DNA from: an uncultured Planctomycetales bacterium
Lineage (GTDB): Bacteria; Omnitrophota; Gorgyraeia; Zapsychrales; JANLHA01
Direction: 5' to 3'
Assembly (NCBI GenBank): GCA_964474085.1
Contig: CAYYRJ010000015.1
Coordinates: forward strand, 1-60,353
Length of the DNA stretch: 60,353 bases
The position numbers and the translations under genes are program-made. The notes under the pieces are model-generated. The model ran no database searches, was not told where the DNA came from, and saw nothing but the letters and a program-made list of their open reading frames with translations. Positions 35,161 to 44,953 of this stretch are shown here, piece by piece (positions within the stretch are counted from its first letter, which is position 1; the number at the start of each line of letters is the position of its first letter).

Positions 35161-36549
35161 CTATCCCTGAAAATTCTCTAATGCCCCACGGACATTTTCG
35201 ACGCCAATCAAATTCAAACTCGTTTTTTCAAAACCGATTTTGGCTTTCAAATTATTTTGAGGCATGATGCACTTTTTAAAACCCAACTTTTGGGCTTCAT
35301 TGATCCGCAAACCCACTTGGCCAACACTGCGCACTTCCGCTGACAGACCCACTTCGCCAAAAACAACGCTTTGGCTGTCAACCGGCTTGTCTAACAGCGA
35401 TGATGCCACCGCCAAGACAACCGCCAAATCCGCCGCCGGGTCCATGAGCTTGACCCCGCCGACGACGTTTAAAAAAATATCCTTGTCCTGCAAATTCATC
35501 TCCAGGCGTTTTTCCAAAACCGCCACCAAAAGCGCCAAACGGTTTGGGTCAAACCCTTGCGCCTTTTGGCGAACCATGCCGAAAGTCGAACGGCTCACCA
35601 ACGCCTGTATTTCGACGAGAAAAGGACGCGTGCCTTCCAAGATCGGGACGACAACCGAGCCTGAAGTGTTCGTCGCCCGCTGCGCCAAAAAGATTTCCGA
35701 CGGATTAGTGACCTCAATTAAGCCCTCGCCGGTCATTTCAAAAACGCCTAATTCATTCGTCGAGCCAAAACGGTTTTTGATCGTGCGCAAAATCCGATGC
35801 GCATTATAACGCTCACCCTCAAAGTAAAGCACCGTGTCAACGATGTGTTCCAAAACGCGTGGGCCGGCAATCGTGCCTTCTTTCGTCACATGCCCAATAA
35901 TAAATAGCGCCATGTCCGTTGTTTTGGCCAAATGCGTCAAGATCGCCGCACACTCGCGCACCTGGGTGACACTGCCCGGAGAGGACGGGATATCGGGATG
36001 ATACACGACCTGAATCGAGTCGATGACAACAATCTGCGGCTTCATCTTGGCAAGGTATTCTTTGATGGCTGCAAGATCGACTTGATTGACAATGTACAAA
36101 CTATCAGCTGTATCCGCACCCAGTCGCTGGGCACGCATCTTGGTTTGCTGAACAGATTCCTCGCCGCTGACGTACAAAACTTTATAACCCTGACGGCTTA
36201 AAGCGCAGACCGCTTGAAGCGCGATCGTCGATTTTCCAATCCCCGGGTCTCCGCCGATCAAAGTCACCGACGAGGGAACAATGCCGCCGCCTAACACACG
36301 ATCAAATTCGCCAATACCCGTCGTAAACCGCTTCTGCTGGGTCATTGAGATTTCGCTAAACTTAACCGGCTTGTCGCTAAAAACAACTCCACCCCGGCCT
36401 TCTTTGGAAACCGGTGTTATGATTTCCTCGACGTAGGTGTTCCACCCTTCGCACGACGGGCATTTGCCAACCCAGCGGGGAGACTGCGCCCCACAGGTCT
36501 GGCAAACAAAAAGCATTTTGGTTTTGGTGGAAGACATGACTGACAACAA
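35161..36549 (-). CDS. radA: DNA repair protein RadA
   Basis: C4 zinc finger (CQTCG...CPSC), Walker A GGDPGIGKST, KNRFG motif, and a Lon-like C-terminal domain. Confidence 0.93.
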   Translation of the reverse strand: MLSVMSSTKTKMLFVCQTCGAQSPRWVGKCPSCEGWNTYVEEIITPVSKEGRGGVVFSDKPVKFSEISMTQQKRFTTGIGEFDRVLGGGIVPSSVTLIGGDPGIGKSTIALQAVCALSRQGYKVLYVSGEESVQQTKMRAQRLGADTADSLYIVNQVDLAAIKEYLAKMKPQIVVIDSIQVVYHPDIPSSPGSVTQVRECAAILTHLAKTTDMALFIIGHVTKEGTIAGPRVLEHIVDTVLYFEGERYNAHRILRTIKNRFGSTNELGVFEMTGEGLIEVTNPSEIFLAQRATNTSGSVVVPILEGTRPFLVEIQALVSRSTFGMVRQKAQGFDPNRLALLVAVLEKRLEMNLQDKDIFLNVVGGVKLMDPAADLAVVLAVASSLLDKPVDSQSVVFGEVGLSAEVRSVGQVGLRINEAQKLGFKKCIMPQNNLKAKIGFEKTSLNLIGVENVRGALENFQG

Positions 36550-36560
36550 ATTATTAAAAC

Positions 36561-37526
36561 TTAATTTCGATGAATTTCTTTTTTAAACTTTTCAAGTTGA
36601 TCTCGGTAAAATTGATATTCAGGATACCTCTTCACGACATCAGACTCGATATTGACCGCCTCTTGATACCTGCCCATCCTATACAATACTTCCGCTTTAG
36701 TATCAAAAAACTGGATTTGCGGCTTAAGGAATATCGCCTTGTCAGCCAATTTAAGTGCCTGATCAAGATTTCTATTCTCTTTAGCATATTGCCAAGCCAA
36801 TTCATTATAAGCTTGGGCAAATCTTGGACTTTGGCGAATACTTTTTAATAATAATGCCTCTCTTGCTTTTGAATCAAGATCGTTATATTGAGTTACACAA
36901 TAAAAATACGAAAAATTATTAAAAGTATTTCTAAAAGACACTCCCGTAGCGATTATACCCAAGACTATAAACGAGCCCATCAAAACATAAAAAACAGGAA
37001 TAATTTTATTAGTTTTCATGCCGCTATTTTGAAAAAAAACATTCATCTCACTTAAAATGCTATCAACTAATTGCTTATCTTCTTTTCCTTTTACTTTTAT
37101 CTGAGCAGTACCCATCCACGGTTGAATGCTAACCTGCAGCTGAGAATCATATTCCAAAAACTTAATACAAGACAAGGTTTCTTCAAATTTAATGTTCAAT
37201 TTGTTTAAGGCAACATGCAATCCTTCAATAAACGAATCTTGCGTTACTCCAATAAAAGAATACCCTTTAAAAGCGAAAGAGAACATTGAAACAATAAGAA
37301 TGTAGATAAGGAGATTAAACAGAAGAAATAAAGATTTGGGGGGTAATCCCATTTTTATTAAGAGAACAATGGAATTAATAGCCATTGGGGAAAATGCAAA
37401 GGCTGCTAGAATAAGAAGCCAACGTGTATGAATAAATATAGGTTTTTTCTTTAATAAAACCTTTAGTCCTATGCTTAACATAAAAACAGCCAAGGTAAGA
37501 AACAATACCAAATAGAATATTAACAT
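36561..37526 (-). CDS. Hypothetical membrane protein with C-terminal TPR-like repeats
   Basis: 321 aa and AT-rich. Multiple TM segments, then TPR-like helices (AYNELAWQYAKE..ALKLADKAI.., EVLYRMGRYQEAV). Confidence 0.6.
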   Translation of the reverse strand: MLIFYLVLFLTLAVFMLSIGLKVLLKKKPIFIHTRWLLILAAFAFSPMAINSIVLLIKMGLPPKSLFLLFNLLIYILIVSMFSFAFKGYSFIGVTQDSFIEGLHVALNKLNIKFEETLSCIKFLEYDSQLQVSIQPWMGTAQIKVKGKEDKQLVDSILSEMNVFFQNSGMKTNKIIPVFYVLMGSFIVLGIIATGVSFRNTFNNFSYFYCVTQYNDLDSKAREALLLKSIRQSPRFAQAYNELAWQYAKENRNLDQALKLADKAIFLKPQIQFFDTKAEVLYRMGRYQEAVNIESDVVKRYPEYQFYRDQLEKFKKEIHRN

Positions 37527-37558
37527 TTTTTATCCTTTCCAATAACCGGAAATAATAG

Positions 37559-39979
37559 TTATTCAAAATGCAACGCATCACCTTTGCGTGTGATTTTGAC
37601 CTTGCCGCCTTCTTTGTAACGGCCGGAAATAATTTCCTCAGCTAAAGGGTCTTCCAAAAAGCGCTGTATCGTCCTCTTAAGCGGCCGGGCCCCAAAGACC
37701 GGGTCAAAACCTTTTTCGACCAGAAGGTCCAACGCATCCTGGGAGACCTCAATGGCGATGTCCTTATCTTTAAGACGTTTGGTGACCTCGTCGATTTCGA
37801 GCTTAACAATCTGTGTCAGATTTTCGCGCGTCAACGACTTAAAGACAATGATGTCGTCGATACGGTTTAAAAATTCCGGTTTAAAGAATTTTTTGACCTC
37901 ATCGAGCAAGCGCGATTTCATGTCGGTATAATTAACGTCATCCTTAGGCGACACAAAACCCAGCGCACCTTTTGAACGCAGCATCTCAGCGCCGACGTTA
38001 GACGTCATAATAATAATCGTGTTGCGAAAGTCCACCTTGCGGCCCAAACTGTCGGTTAGGCGGCCTTCTTCAAAAACCTGCAAAAGCACATTAAACACAT
38101 CCGGATGCGCTTTCTCGATCTCGTCGAGCAAAACAACCGAATACGGCTTGCGACGCACTTTTTCGGTCAACTGTCCGCCTTCTTCGTAGCCGACATACCC
38201 CGGCGGGGCGCCGATCAAACGCGACACATTAAACTTGTCCATGTATTCGGACATGTCAATCTGAATAACCGAATCCGCGCTGCCGAACATAAACTCCGAA
38301 AGACTGCGCGCCAAATGCGTTTTTCCAACCCCCGTGGGCCCCAAAAAAATAAAAGACCCAATCGGCCGACGAGGATTTTTGATCCCCGCACGCGACCGGC
38401 GTACCGCGCGGGCAATGGCGGCAATCGGCTCTTCTTGGCCGATAACCATCTTTTGCAATTTGTCTTCCATCTGCAAAAGCTTGTCGCTTTCATTTTGTTC
38501 CAAACGCACCAGCGGAATACTTGTCCACTGCGAAACAACGCGCGCAATGTCCTCCTCACCAAGCGTGATCGTGATCTTGTCGCGCTCCTGGGTCCACTGG
38601 GCACGGACGCGATCAAGCTCTTCGCGAACACGACGTTCCTCGTCGCGCATATGCGCCGCTTTTTCAAAGTCCTGGCTTTTGATAAAACCTTCTTTTTCTT
38701 TTTTCAAATTCTCGATTTGTGTTTCCAAATCCTTGATCCCCTCAGGAACGGCCATCGCTTTAATCCGCGCCCGCGCTCCGGCTTCATCGAGAATATCAAC
38801 CGCCTTGTCCGGTAAAGCGCGTCCCGAAATATAACGGTCCGAAAGCGTCACCGCCGCCTGAAGAGCCTCGTCCGAATATTTGACGCGGTGATGCGCTTCG
38901 TATTTGTCGCGCAACCCCTTTAAAATCTGCACCGCTTCATCCGCCGACGGTTGGTCAACAATGATCGTCTGAAAACGCCGTTCAAGCGCGGCATCTTTTT
39001 CAATGTGCTTGCGGTATTCATCCAAGGTCGTCGCCCCAATACATTGGATTTCTCCGCGCGCCAAGGCCGGCTTTAAAATATTGGCCGCATCAATGGCCCC
39101 TTCGGCGGCACCTGCCCCTACTAGAGTGTGAAGCTCGTCGACGAAAAGAATAATTTTACCCGAACGCTTGATCTCATCCATGATCGCTTTGATGCGCTCT
39201 TCAAACTGGCCGCGGTATTTGGTCCCGGCAATCATAAGAGCCAAGTCGAGCACGATAATATTTTTTTCGCGCAAAAGCTCGGGAACATCTCCTTTAATAA
39301 TCAGCTGGGCTAATCCCTCGACGATTGCGGTTTTTCCAACCCCCGCTTCGCCCAAAAGAACCGGATTGTTTTTTGTGCGACGGCTTAAAATCTGGACAAT
39401 CCGCTCAATTTCATCCTGTCGACCGATGACCGGATCAAGCTTGCCTTCTTTGGCCAACTTATTTAAATTGCGTCCGTACGCGTCAATGGCCGGCGTCTTG
39501 CCGCTTTTGGCCGGTTCCTGCGTACCAAAGCCGGGAATCCCTGAACCTAAAAGTTCCATGACTTCATTGCGCAATTTTCCTAAATCAAGCCCCAAGTTTA
39601 ACAGAACGCGATACGCCATGCCTTCGCCTTCTTTGACCAGTCCCAAAAGCAAATGCTCGGTACCAATATAATTATGTCCCAGAGCGCGCGCTTCCTCGGC
39701 GGAAAGCTCGAGTGCTTTTTTTGAACGCGGCGTAAAAGGAATGTCGCCTAAAACTTGCGTTTGCGGACCCGGCTGAACTAATTTTTCGACTTCGATACGA
39801 ATCGTTTCCAAGTCCAACCCAAGCTTTTGTAAAACAGCCGCGGCGACCCCTTCGCCTTCGCGAATAAGTCCCATAAGCAAATGTTCCGTGCCGATATAAT
39901 CGTGATTAAAACGACGAGCTTCTTCTTTAGCGTAAACAATGACCTTGCGTGCTCTTTCCGTAAATCGATTAAACATCAA
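37559..39979 (-). CDS. clpC: ATP-dependent Clp protease ATP-binding subunit ClpC
   Basis: Double Clp_N repeat, two AAA+ modules (GEAGVGKT; GPTGVGKT), a UVR-like middle domain ([11 protein letters not shown]). 806 aa. Confidence 0.93.
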   Translation of the reverse strand: MMFNRFTERARKVIVYAKEEARRFNHDYIGTEHLLMGLIREGEGVAAAVLQKLGLDLETIRIEVEKLVQPGPQTQVLGDIPFTPRSKKALELSAEEARALGHNYIGTEHLLLGLVKEGEGMAYRVLLNLGLDLGKLRNEVMELLGSGIPGFGTQEPAKSGKTPAIDAYGRNLNKLAKEGKLDPVIGRQDEIERIVQILSRRTKNNPVLLGEAGVGKTAIVEGLAQLIIKGDVPELLREKNIIVLDLALMIAGTKYRGQFEERIKAIMDEIKRSGKIILFVDELHTLVGAGAAEGAIDAANILKPALARGEIQCIGATTLDEYRKHIEKDAALERRFQTIIVDQPSADEAVQILKGLRDKYEAHHRVKYSDEALQAAVTLSDRYISGRALPDKAVDILDEAGARARIKAMAVPEGIKDLETQIENLKKEKEGFIKSQDFEKAAHMRDEERRVREELDRVRAQWTQERDKITITLGEEDIARVVSQWTSIPLVRLEQNESDKLLQMEDKLQKMVIGQEEPIAAIARAVRRSRAGIKNPRRPIGSFIFLGPTGVGKTHLARSLSEFMFGSADSVIQIDMSEYMDKFNVSRLIGAPPGYVGYEEGGQLTEKVRRKPYSVVLLDEIEKAHPDVFNVLLQVFEEGRLTDSLGRKVDFRNTIIIMTSNVGAEMLRSKGALGFVSPKDDVNYTDMKSRLLDEVKKFFKPEFLNRIDDIIVFKSLTRENLTQIVKLEIDEVTKRLKDKDIAIEVSQDALDLLVEKGFDPVFGARPLKRTIQRFLEDPLAEEIISGRYKEGGKVKITRKGDALHFE

Positions 39980-41028
39980 ACGCCTCCTAACTTTTCGCGA
40001 ATTAACGCTGCCCGACGAGTATCCCGTTGGGCGGGCGTAAGTTTTTTACCTTCAATTTTTTGCAGGTGCGCCGGCTGTATCGTAATAAAAAGCTCGTTGA
40101 TATTTGCGCGGTCAACCTGATTAATAATCCCTAAGTCCACCCCTAAACGCACCATCGACAAAAGCTCGATGGTTTCCTGGCTCGAAATAATGTGCGCGCT
40201 TTTTAGGACGCCTAAGCTGCGAAAAATTTTGTCCTCGAGCATTGAACGGTTTTGGACAAACAGCGCTTGGCGCGCCTGCTCTTCCTGCTCGATGACCTGA
40301 CGGATAAGCCCGCTGATATTTTGCAAAATATCCTCTTCGCTGTGGCCTAAGGACACCTGATTGGAAATCTGATAAATGTTTCCCCGCGCCTGCGTGCCCT
40401 CGCCATAAAAGCCGCGCGAGGCAAACGACAATTTGGCAATCGCCGCCAAAACTTTGTTGATCTGCTTGGTCATGACCAACGCCGGCAAATGCAGCATGAC
40501 CGACCCGCGCATCGCCGTTCCCGTATTTGTCGGACAAGCCGTCAAATACCCCCAGTTGCCAAGGTACGCATAATTGAGTTTTTTGGACAAACTGTCGTCG
40601 AGCATATTGATGATCCGCCAGCTTTCCATCAAATCAAGACCCGACTGCATAACCTGAATACGAAGGTGGTCTTCTTCGTTGACCATAATCGAAAGAATTT
40701 CCTCCTGAGAAACAATCAAAGCTTTTCCGTCCCCGCTGACAGCATGTTCGTGGCTCATCAAATGCCGCTCGACTAAAAACTGTTTATCGATGCTGTCTAA
40801 CTCGTTCATCTTAAGAAAAACCGAATTTTTGAAATATTCATTTTGCCCGATCGCCTTGTCAACGTCCTCGACGACATTAAGCAAATCTTTTTTTTCGGCG
40901 CGGTTTGGAAAAGGCACTTTGGCCAAATTGCGCGCCAAACGAATACGCGTTGACATCACAATATGCGAACTGGGCCCTGCCCCTTTAAGCCACTGTGCCG
41001 TATGATGGATCAAGTCGTCAATATTCAT
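39976..41028 (-). CDS. mcsB: Protein arginine kinase McsB
   Basis: ATP:guanido phosphotransferase catalytic domain ([25 protein letters not shown]). Translationally coupled to mcsA and clpC. Confidence 0.9.
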   Translation of the reverse strand: MNIDDLIHHTAQWLKGAGPSSHIVMSTRIRLARNLAKVPFPNRAEKKDLLNVVEDVDKAIGQNEYFKNSVFLKMNELDSIDKQFLVERHLMSHEHAVSGDGKALIVSQEEILSIMVNEEDHLRIQVMQSGLDLMESWRIINMLDDSLSKKLNYAYLGNWGYLTACPTNTGTAMRGSVMLHLPALVMTKQINKVLAAIAKLSFASRGFYGEGTQARGNIYQISNQVSLGHSEEDILQNISGLIRQVIEQEEQARQALFVQNRSMLEDKIFRSLGVLKSAHIISSQETIELLSMVRLGVDLGIINQVDRANINELFITIQPAHLQKIEGKKLTPAQRDTRRAALIREKLGGV

Positions 41029-41531
41029 GGCTGACCTTCTTCTTTTTTTTCCAAAATGTGGATCTTGTCGCGCAGTTGGGCGGCTTTTTCAAAATCTTCT
41101 TTTTGTACCGCTTGCTGCAACTGGGTTTTAAGATCGCGCAAAGTTTCGATCTGGGGACCTGCGGGCGTCGGAAACGCGGCCGGCGCTTTGCCCAAATGCA
41201 AATTTGAGCCGTGGATTTTCTTAAGCAAAGAACTTAAATGCTCGCGAAACGCCGTGTAACATTCACTGCAGCCAAGCCGTCCGAATTTTTTAAAATCATC
41301 GTAGCTGACCCCGCAATGCGGGCAGTCGAGTTTGACCTTGTCAACATCTTTGACCTGCTTGCCAAAATCTGCCAAGCCCGCCAAAAGGTCCGCTAACCCA
41401 AACTGCTGTTCCATCTGCACGCTTTTTTCGCGGGCGCACTCTTCACACAAATGCAGTTCGGTGACTTGCCCGTCAACAATCTCGGTCAAATGCACCGTCG
41501 CTTTTTTTTTGGTACATATATTACATTGCAT
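41025..41531 (-). CDS. mcsA: McsA-like activator (zinc fingers plus UVR domain)
   Basis: CxxC pairs (CNIC..CEEC; CPHC..CSEC) and a C-terminal UVR motif (EDFEKAAQLRDKI). Confidence 0.85.
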   Translation of the reverse strand: MQCNICTKKKATVHLTEIVDGQVTELHLCEECAREKSVQMEQQFGLADLLAGLADFGKQVKDVDKVKLDCPHCGVSYDDFKKFGRLGCSECYTAFREHLSSLLKKIHGSNLHLGKAPAAFPTPAGPQIETLRDLKTQLQQAVQKEDFEKAAQLRDKIHILEKKEEGQP

Positions 41532-41560
41532 AATTTAACCTCACATCGTTAAATTCAAAG

Positions 41561-41688
41561 GTGTCTGTTGGGGATGACCTTCCCAAGCGAGTTCCACAGC
41601 TTCGTCGCTTACTCGTAGGTCTTTTAAATTCAGATTAAGCGACGAGCGCGAGGACTGTTCGAGCGACGAAGGTCGCCCTAACAGACAC
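41561..41688 (+). repeat. F-family long imperfect palindrome (F2, 128 nt)
   Basis: Arms GTGTCTGTT/AACAGACAC and GGGGATGACCTTC/GAAGGTCGCCC, inner stem GCTTCGTCGCTTA/TAAGCGACGAGC. Shares a CGAGCG-rich core with F1. Confidence 0.65.
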
Positions 41689-41700
41689 TCGCAAAATAAT

Positions 41701-42564
41701 TTAATACTTCACCCCATCCTTGCGCGTTACGGCATGAAAGGCGGTGATTAATTTATTTGTTATGGCCCCCGGCTGACCTGTGCCGATCGTGCGTCCGTCA
41801 ACTTTGACAATCGGAATAATTTCCGCAGCTGTGCCGGTCAAAAAACATTCATCCGCATTATACACTTCGTGACGAGTAATAAATCCTTCTTCTGCTGGGA
41901 TTTTAAACTTCTTAGCCAAATCCCAAACGGCCGCCAACGTAATTCCCTTAAGCCGTCCGTGGCTGGGCGTTAAAAGCCGTCCGCCTTTGACGATAATAAT
42001 ATTGTCGCCGGTGCATTCTCCGACGTAACCGTTTGTATCGAGCATAATCGCTTCATTGTAGCCGGAATTGTTGGCTTCAATCTTGGCCAAAATATTGTTC
42101 AGATAATTCAGCGACTTTAGCTGCGGGTTTAAAGCCTCGGGATGATTGCGCGGCGTAGGCACTGTAATAATGTCCATACCCTTTTGATAAAGTTCGGCCG
42201 GATAAAGGGTAATTTTGTCGGCAATAATAATCACCGTCGGTTTACCGTGGCACTTGCGCGGGTCAAGCCCCAAATCGCCGACGCCACGTGTCACAATCGC
42301 ACGGATATACCCGTTGTCGATTTTATTTTCCTTAAGTGTGGCAACAATCGCCTGCTGCATTTCTTTTTTGGAAAGCGGGATGGTGATCATCATCGTGTGA
42401 CAGGTTTCATAGAGCCGGTCAATATGCTCGCCGAGTCGAAACACCAGCCGGTCATACGCGCGAATCCCCTCAAAAGCGCCGTCTCCGTAGAGAAATCCGT
42501 GGTCAAACACCGACACGGTGGCGTTTTCTTTGGAATAAAATTTTCCGTTGATATAAATTTTCAT
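41701..42564 (-). CDS. ilvE: Branched-chain amino acid aminotransferase (fold type IV)
   Basis: 287 aa. GDGAFEG.R, E.N.F.V, and G.T....ELA-type class IV motifs. D-amino-acid transaminase cannot be excluded. Confidence 0.8.
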   Translation of the reverse strand: MKIYINGKFYSKENATVSVFDHGFLYGDGAFEGIRAYDRLVFRLGEHIDRLYETCHTMMITIPLSKKEMQQAIVATLKENKIDNGYIRAIVTRGVGDLGLDPRKCHGKPTVIIIADKITLYPAELYQKGMDIITVPTPRNHPEALNPQLKSLNYLNNILAKIEANNSGYNEAIMLDTNGYVGECTGDNIIIVKGGRLLTPSHGRLKGITLAAVWDLAKKFKIPAEEGFITRHEVYNADECFLTGTAAEIIPIVKVDGRTIGTGQPGAITNKLITAFHAVTRKDGVKY

Positions 42565-42614
42565 AGATGTCCTTTCAAGCTCCCCCGCCTAAGGCGGGCA
42601 AGCCTTCCCCCTCG

Positions 42615-43334
42615 TTAAACCAATCGTCCGTCGCGCATTTTGACCACACGCCCGGAACGCCTGGCGATCTGTTCGTCATGGGTCACGATCACCAAGGTCT
42701 GCTTATTCTTTTTGTTTAATTCCATCAAAAGGTCAATGACCCCCTGCCCGCTTTCAAAATCTAAATTCCCCGTCGGTTCATCGCAAAAAAGGACCTTAGG
42801 CTCATTGATCAGCGCGCGCGCAATCGCCACCCGCTGCTGTTCTCCGCCGGAAAGTTCGTGCGGCTTGTGCTCATAGCGCTGACTTAAACCCACACGGTCT
42901 AACAGCGTCATCGCCTTGGCCTTAACCACGTCCATATCAATATTCTTAACTTCCCCTAACCCCCTCTTTAAAAAAGAGGGGGAACCTTTGTCAACGATCG
43001 CCGGCAAAATCACATTTTCAAGCGCCGTAAATTCCGGCAAGAGATGATAAAACTGAAAAATAAATCCAACCTTCGCGTTTCGAAACGCCGCACGTTTTTG
43101 CGCGTTGATTTTATAAATATTTTCGCCTTCAAAAATGACATCGCCCTGCGCCGGATGGTCCAAGCCGCCCATAATATGCAAAAGTGTTGACTTGCCTGCG
43201 CCCGAAGGGCCAACAATAGCCACGACATCGCCTTGGGCGATCTTTAAATCAATCCCTTTGAGCACATGCACTTTTCCTGCGGGGTGATCATAATGTTTTT
43301 GCAGCGCAGCAACTTCGAGCATGAACGTGTCCAT
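42615..43334 (-). CDS. lolD: Lipoprotein-releasing ABC transporter ATP-binding protein (LolD-like) carrying a 15-aa repeat-derived insertion
   Basis: Walker A GPSGAGKST, signature LSGGEQQRVA, Walker B LFCDEPTGNLD. Adjacent to a LolC/E-type permease. Confidence 0.85.
   Translation of the reverse strand: MDTFMLEVAALQKHYDHPAGKVHVLKGIDLKIAQGDVVAIVGPSGAGKSTLLHIMGGLDHPAQGDVIFEGENIYKINAQKRAAFRNAKVGFIFQFYHLLPEFTALENVILPAIVDKGSPSFLKRGLGEVKNIDMDVVKAKAMTLLDRVGLSQRYEHKPHELSGGEQQRVAIARALINEPKVLFCDEPTGNLDFESGQGVIDLLMELNKKNKQTLVIVTHDEQIARRSGRVVKMRDGRLV
42948..42982 (-). repeat. R-family repeat (R4) embedded in-frame in lolD
   Basis: AACTTCCCCTAACCCCCTCTTTAAAAAAGAGGGGG on the plus strand. Translated on the minus strand as ..GSPSFLKRGLGEVK... 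Confidence 0.85.
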
Positions 43335-43382
43335 TTTACCTGTTTAAGAAACCTTTGTAAGTAAATAACAAATTTTATTTTT

Positions 43383-43483
43383 AACTTCCTCTCCCCCTGT
43401 CTAGTATTTTGGGGAGAGGATTAAGGTGAGGGGGAATCTTTTATTAACCCCTCATCCTAACCTTCTCCCCGTCGGGGAGAAGG
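43383..43483. repeat. Inverted pair of hairpin-plus-tail repeats (CCTCTCCCC..GGGGAGAGG+ATTAAGGTGAGGGG / CCCCTCATCCTAA+CCTTCTCCCCGTCGGGGAGAAGG)
   Basis: Read directly from the sequence. Lies between the lolC/E stop and the lolD start. Confidence 0.75.
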
Positions 43484-43500
43484 GATATCCTTTTTTCTCT

Positions 43501-44724
43501 CTATTCATACCTTAACGCTTCAACCGGTTGGAGCTTAGCCGCACGGGCCGCCGGATAAAGCGTCGCCAAATACGTGATCACCATCGCCGCCGAAATAATA
43601 ATCAAAATATCTGCCAGCTTGATTTCAACGGGCACATGGTCAATCGAATAAATCTGCGCCGGGACCTTCACATACGTTTTTAAAATGTAGCTGATCAAGA
43701 CCCCGCTAACCAAACCCCAAAACGTGCCAATGGCGCCAATCAAAAGCCCCTGTTTCATAAAAATCCGGCGAATCGAACTAGCCGGCACGCCAAACGACAA
43801 CAAAATCCCGATATCGTGAATTTTACTCGTCACCGTCACAACGAGCGTACTGATAATATTAAACGACGCGACCAAAACCATCAGCGTCAAAATAATAAAC
43901 AAGCCCCACTTTTCGAGAAACAGCGCTTCGAACAAATTGCTGTTAATGTCAATCCACGTCTTGACCCGGTAGCTGTAGCCTAGCTGCGAAAAGATTTCTT
44001 TTTTGACGTCCTTGGCTTTTTCGGGATTGACGAGCTTGACCCCAATGCCGCTGACGGTCGTGTTCCCCAAATCAAAAATCTTTTGCGCGTGCGTCAATGT
44101 GATAAAAGAAAGGTTCATGTCATAATCGACCATGCCACTTTTAAAAATCCCGACGATCTTTAAGGTATATCGCCAGCCGCGGCCACTGATCCCCGAACCG
44201 GGCGCAATCACGGTCACCTCATCGCCCAAACTATACCCAAAATACCGCGCCAATTCCTCGCCGACAATAATGCCGCCGTCGGCTAAGTCTTCAATTTTTC
44301 CTTCGGTCAAATACTGACTGACCTTGGTGACGTTTTTTTCGGTTTTGGGATTAATCCCACGCACAATTTGGCTGACCGCGTGGCCTTCGTTCTCTAAAAA
44401 AACATTGCCCTGCACAAAAGGCGAACTGCTGATCACACCGGGAATTTGATTAAGTGTTTTTTGCACACTGGCAAAGTCACTGATGCCTGTTTCTTTTTCG
44501 ACGACGATGTGCGGGGTGGCCCCAATAATTTTTTCGCGCAAATTATTGCCAAAACCGGTCATAACCCCGGTCACGACAATAAGCGCCATGACGCCGACGG
44601 CAACCCCGGCTATAGAAATAAAATGCAAGAAGCCCAAAAATCCGCCCTTGCTTGATGACATATACCGGTAGCTGATCCAATTTTCGTAATTCAAAGCAAT
44701 TTTCTTTCTTTTTCTCTGCCCCAC
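43501..44724 (-). CDS. Lipoprotein-releasing system permease (LolC/LolE, FtsX/MacB-type)
   Basis: 407 aa. TM1, a MacB-like periplasmic domain, then a 3-TM FtsX domain. N-terminal RY(L/M)-type motif (ISYRYMSS). Confidence 0.85.
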   Translation of the reverse strand: MGQRKRKKIALNYENWISYRYMSSSKGGFLGFLHFISIAGVAVGVMALIVVTGVMTGFGNNLREKIIGATPHIVVEKETGISDFASVQKTLNQIPGVISSSPFVQGNVFLENEGHAVSQIVRGINPKTEKNVTKVSQYLTEGKIEDLADGGIIVGEELARYFGYSLGDEVTVIAPGSGISGRGWRYTLKIVGIFKSGMVDYDMNLSFITLTHAQKIFDLGNTTVSGIGVKLVNPEKAKDVKKEIFSQLGYSYRVKTWIDINSNLFEALFLEKWGLFIILTLMVLVASFNIISTLVVTVTSKIHDIGILLSFGVPASSIRRIFMKQGLLIGAIGTFWGLVSGVLISYILKTYVKVPAQIYSIDHVPVEIKLADILIIISAAMVITYLATLYPAARAAKLQPVEALRYE

Positions 44725-44830
44725 TCAGGCTGAGTCAGATGAGGAGGAATTTAATGATATTTGTCGACGATGAATTATCGTTTTTCGTTAAGAACATGAA
44801 ATTTTTAAATCATACATCACTTAAGCCTTG

Positions 44831-44853
44831 GATCCCTGCTTTCGCAGGGATGA
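44831..44853. repeat. Hairpin GATCCCTGC-TTTC-GCAGGGATG
   Basis: 8-bp stem. Related in sequence to the hairpin at 44926-44948. Confidence 0.7.
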
Positions 44854-44868
44854 CATTATCTCTTTTGC

Positions 44869-44932
44869 CATTCCCTCATGTTTCTGTCATTCCCTCATGT
44901 TTCTGTCATTCCCTCATGTTTCTGTCATTCCC
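44869..44932 (+). repeat. Tandem repeat, 19-nt unit CATTCCCTCATGTTTCTGT x3.4
   Basis: Three perfect units (44869-44887, 44888-44906, 44907-44925) plus a partial fourth that runs into the hairpin CATTCCCGC-GAAA-GCGGGAATCC (44926-44948). Confidence 0.9.
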
Positions 44933-44953
44933 GCGAAAGCGGGAATCCACTTT

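Noticed and set aside
38105-38834. 236-aa and 166-aa plus-strand ORFs, plus a 150-aa minus-strand out-of-frame ORF
   Set aside because: All lie inside clpC. Their Arg/Pro-rich translations are typical of shadow frames. The same reasoning applies to other in-gene ORFs in the track, for example 6600-7130, 8654-9037, 12337-12849, 21978-22532, 27983-28678, 34678-35064, 35264-35809, 39168-39671, 42142-42618 and 50748-51155.
41532-41700. CtsR operator upstream of mcsA
   Set aside because: There is no tandem GGTCAAA heptad on either strand. The only GGTC-containing strings are parts of the palindrome arms.
42584-42598. CCCGCC-TAA-GGCGGG hairpin between lolD and ilvE as an additional E-family copy
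   Set aside because: Only the apical hairpin is similar. None of the flanking core motifs (GGCGAAT, GAACGCAGC, ACATCCA, TGAGCC) are present. It is likely an independent small hairpin.
44869-44932. Possible CRISPR array
   Set aside because: The 19-nt units are directly abutting with no spacers, and there are no cas genes. It is a simple tandem repeat.
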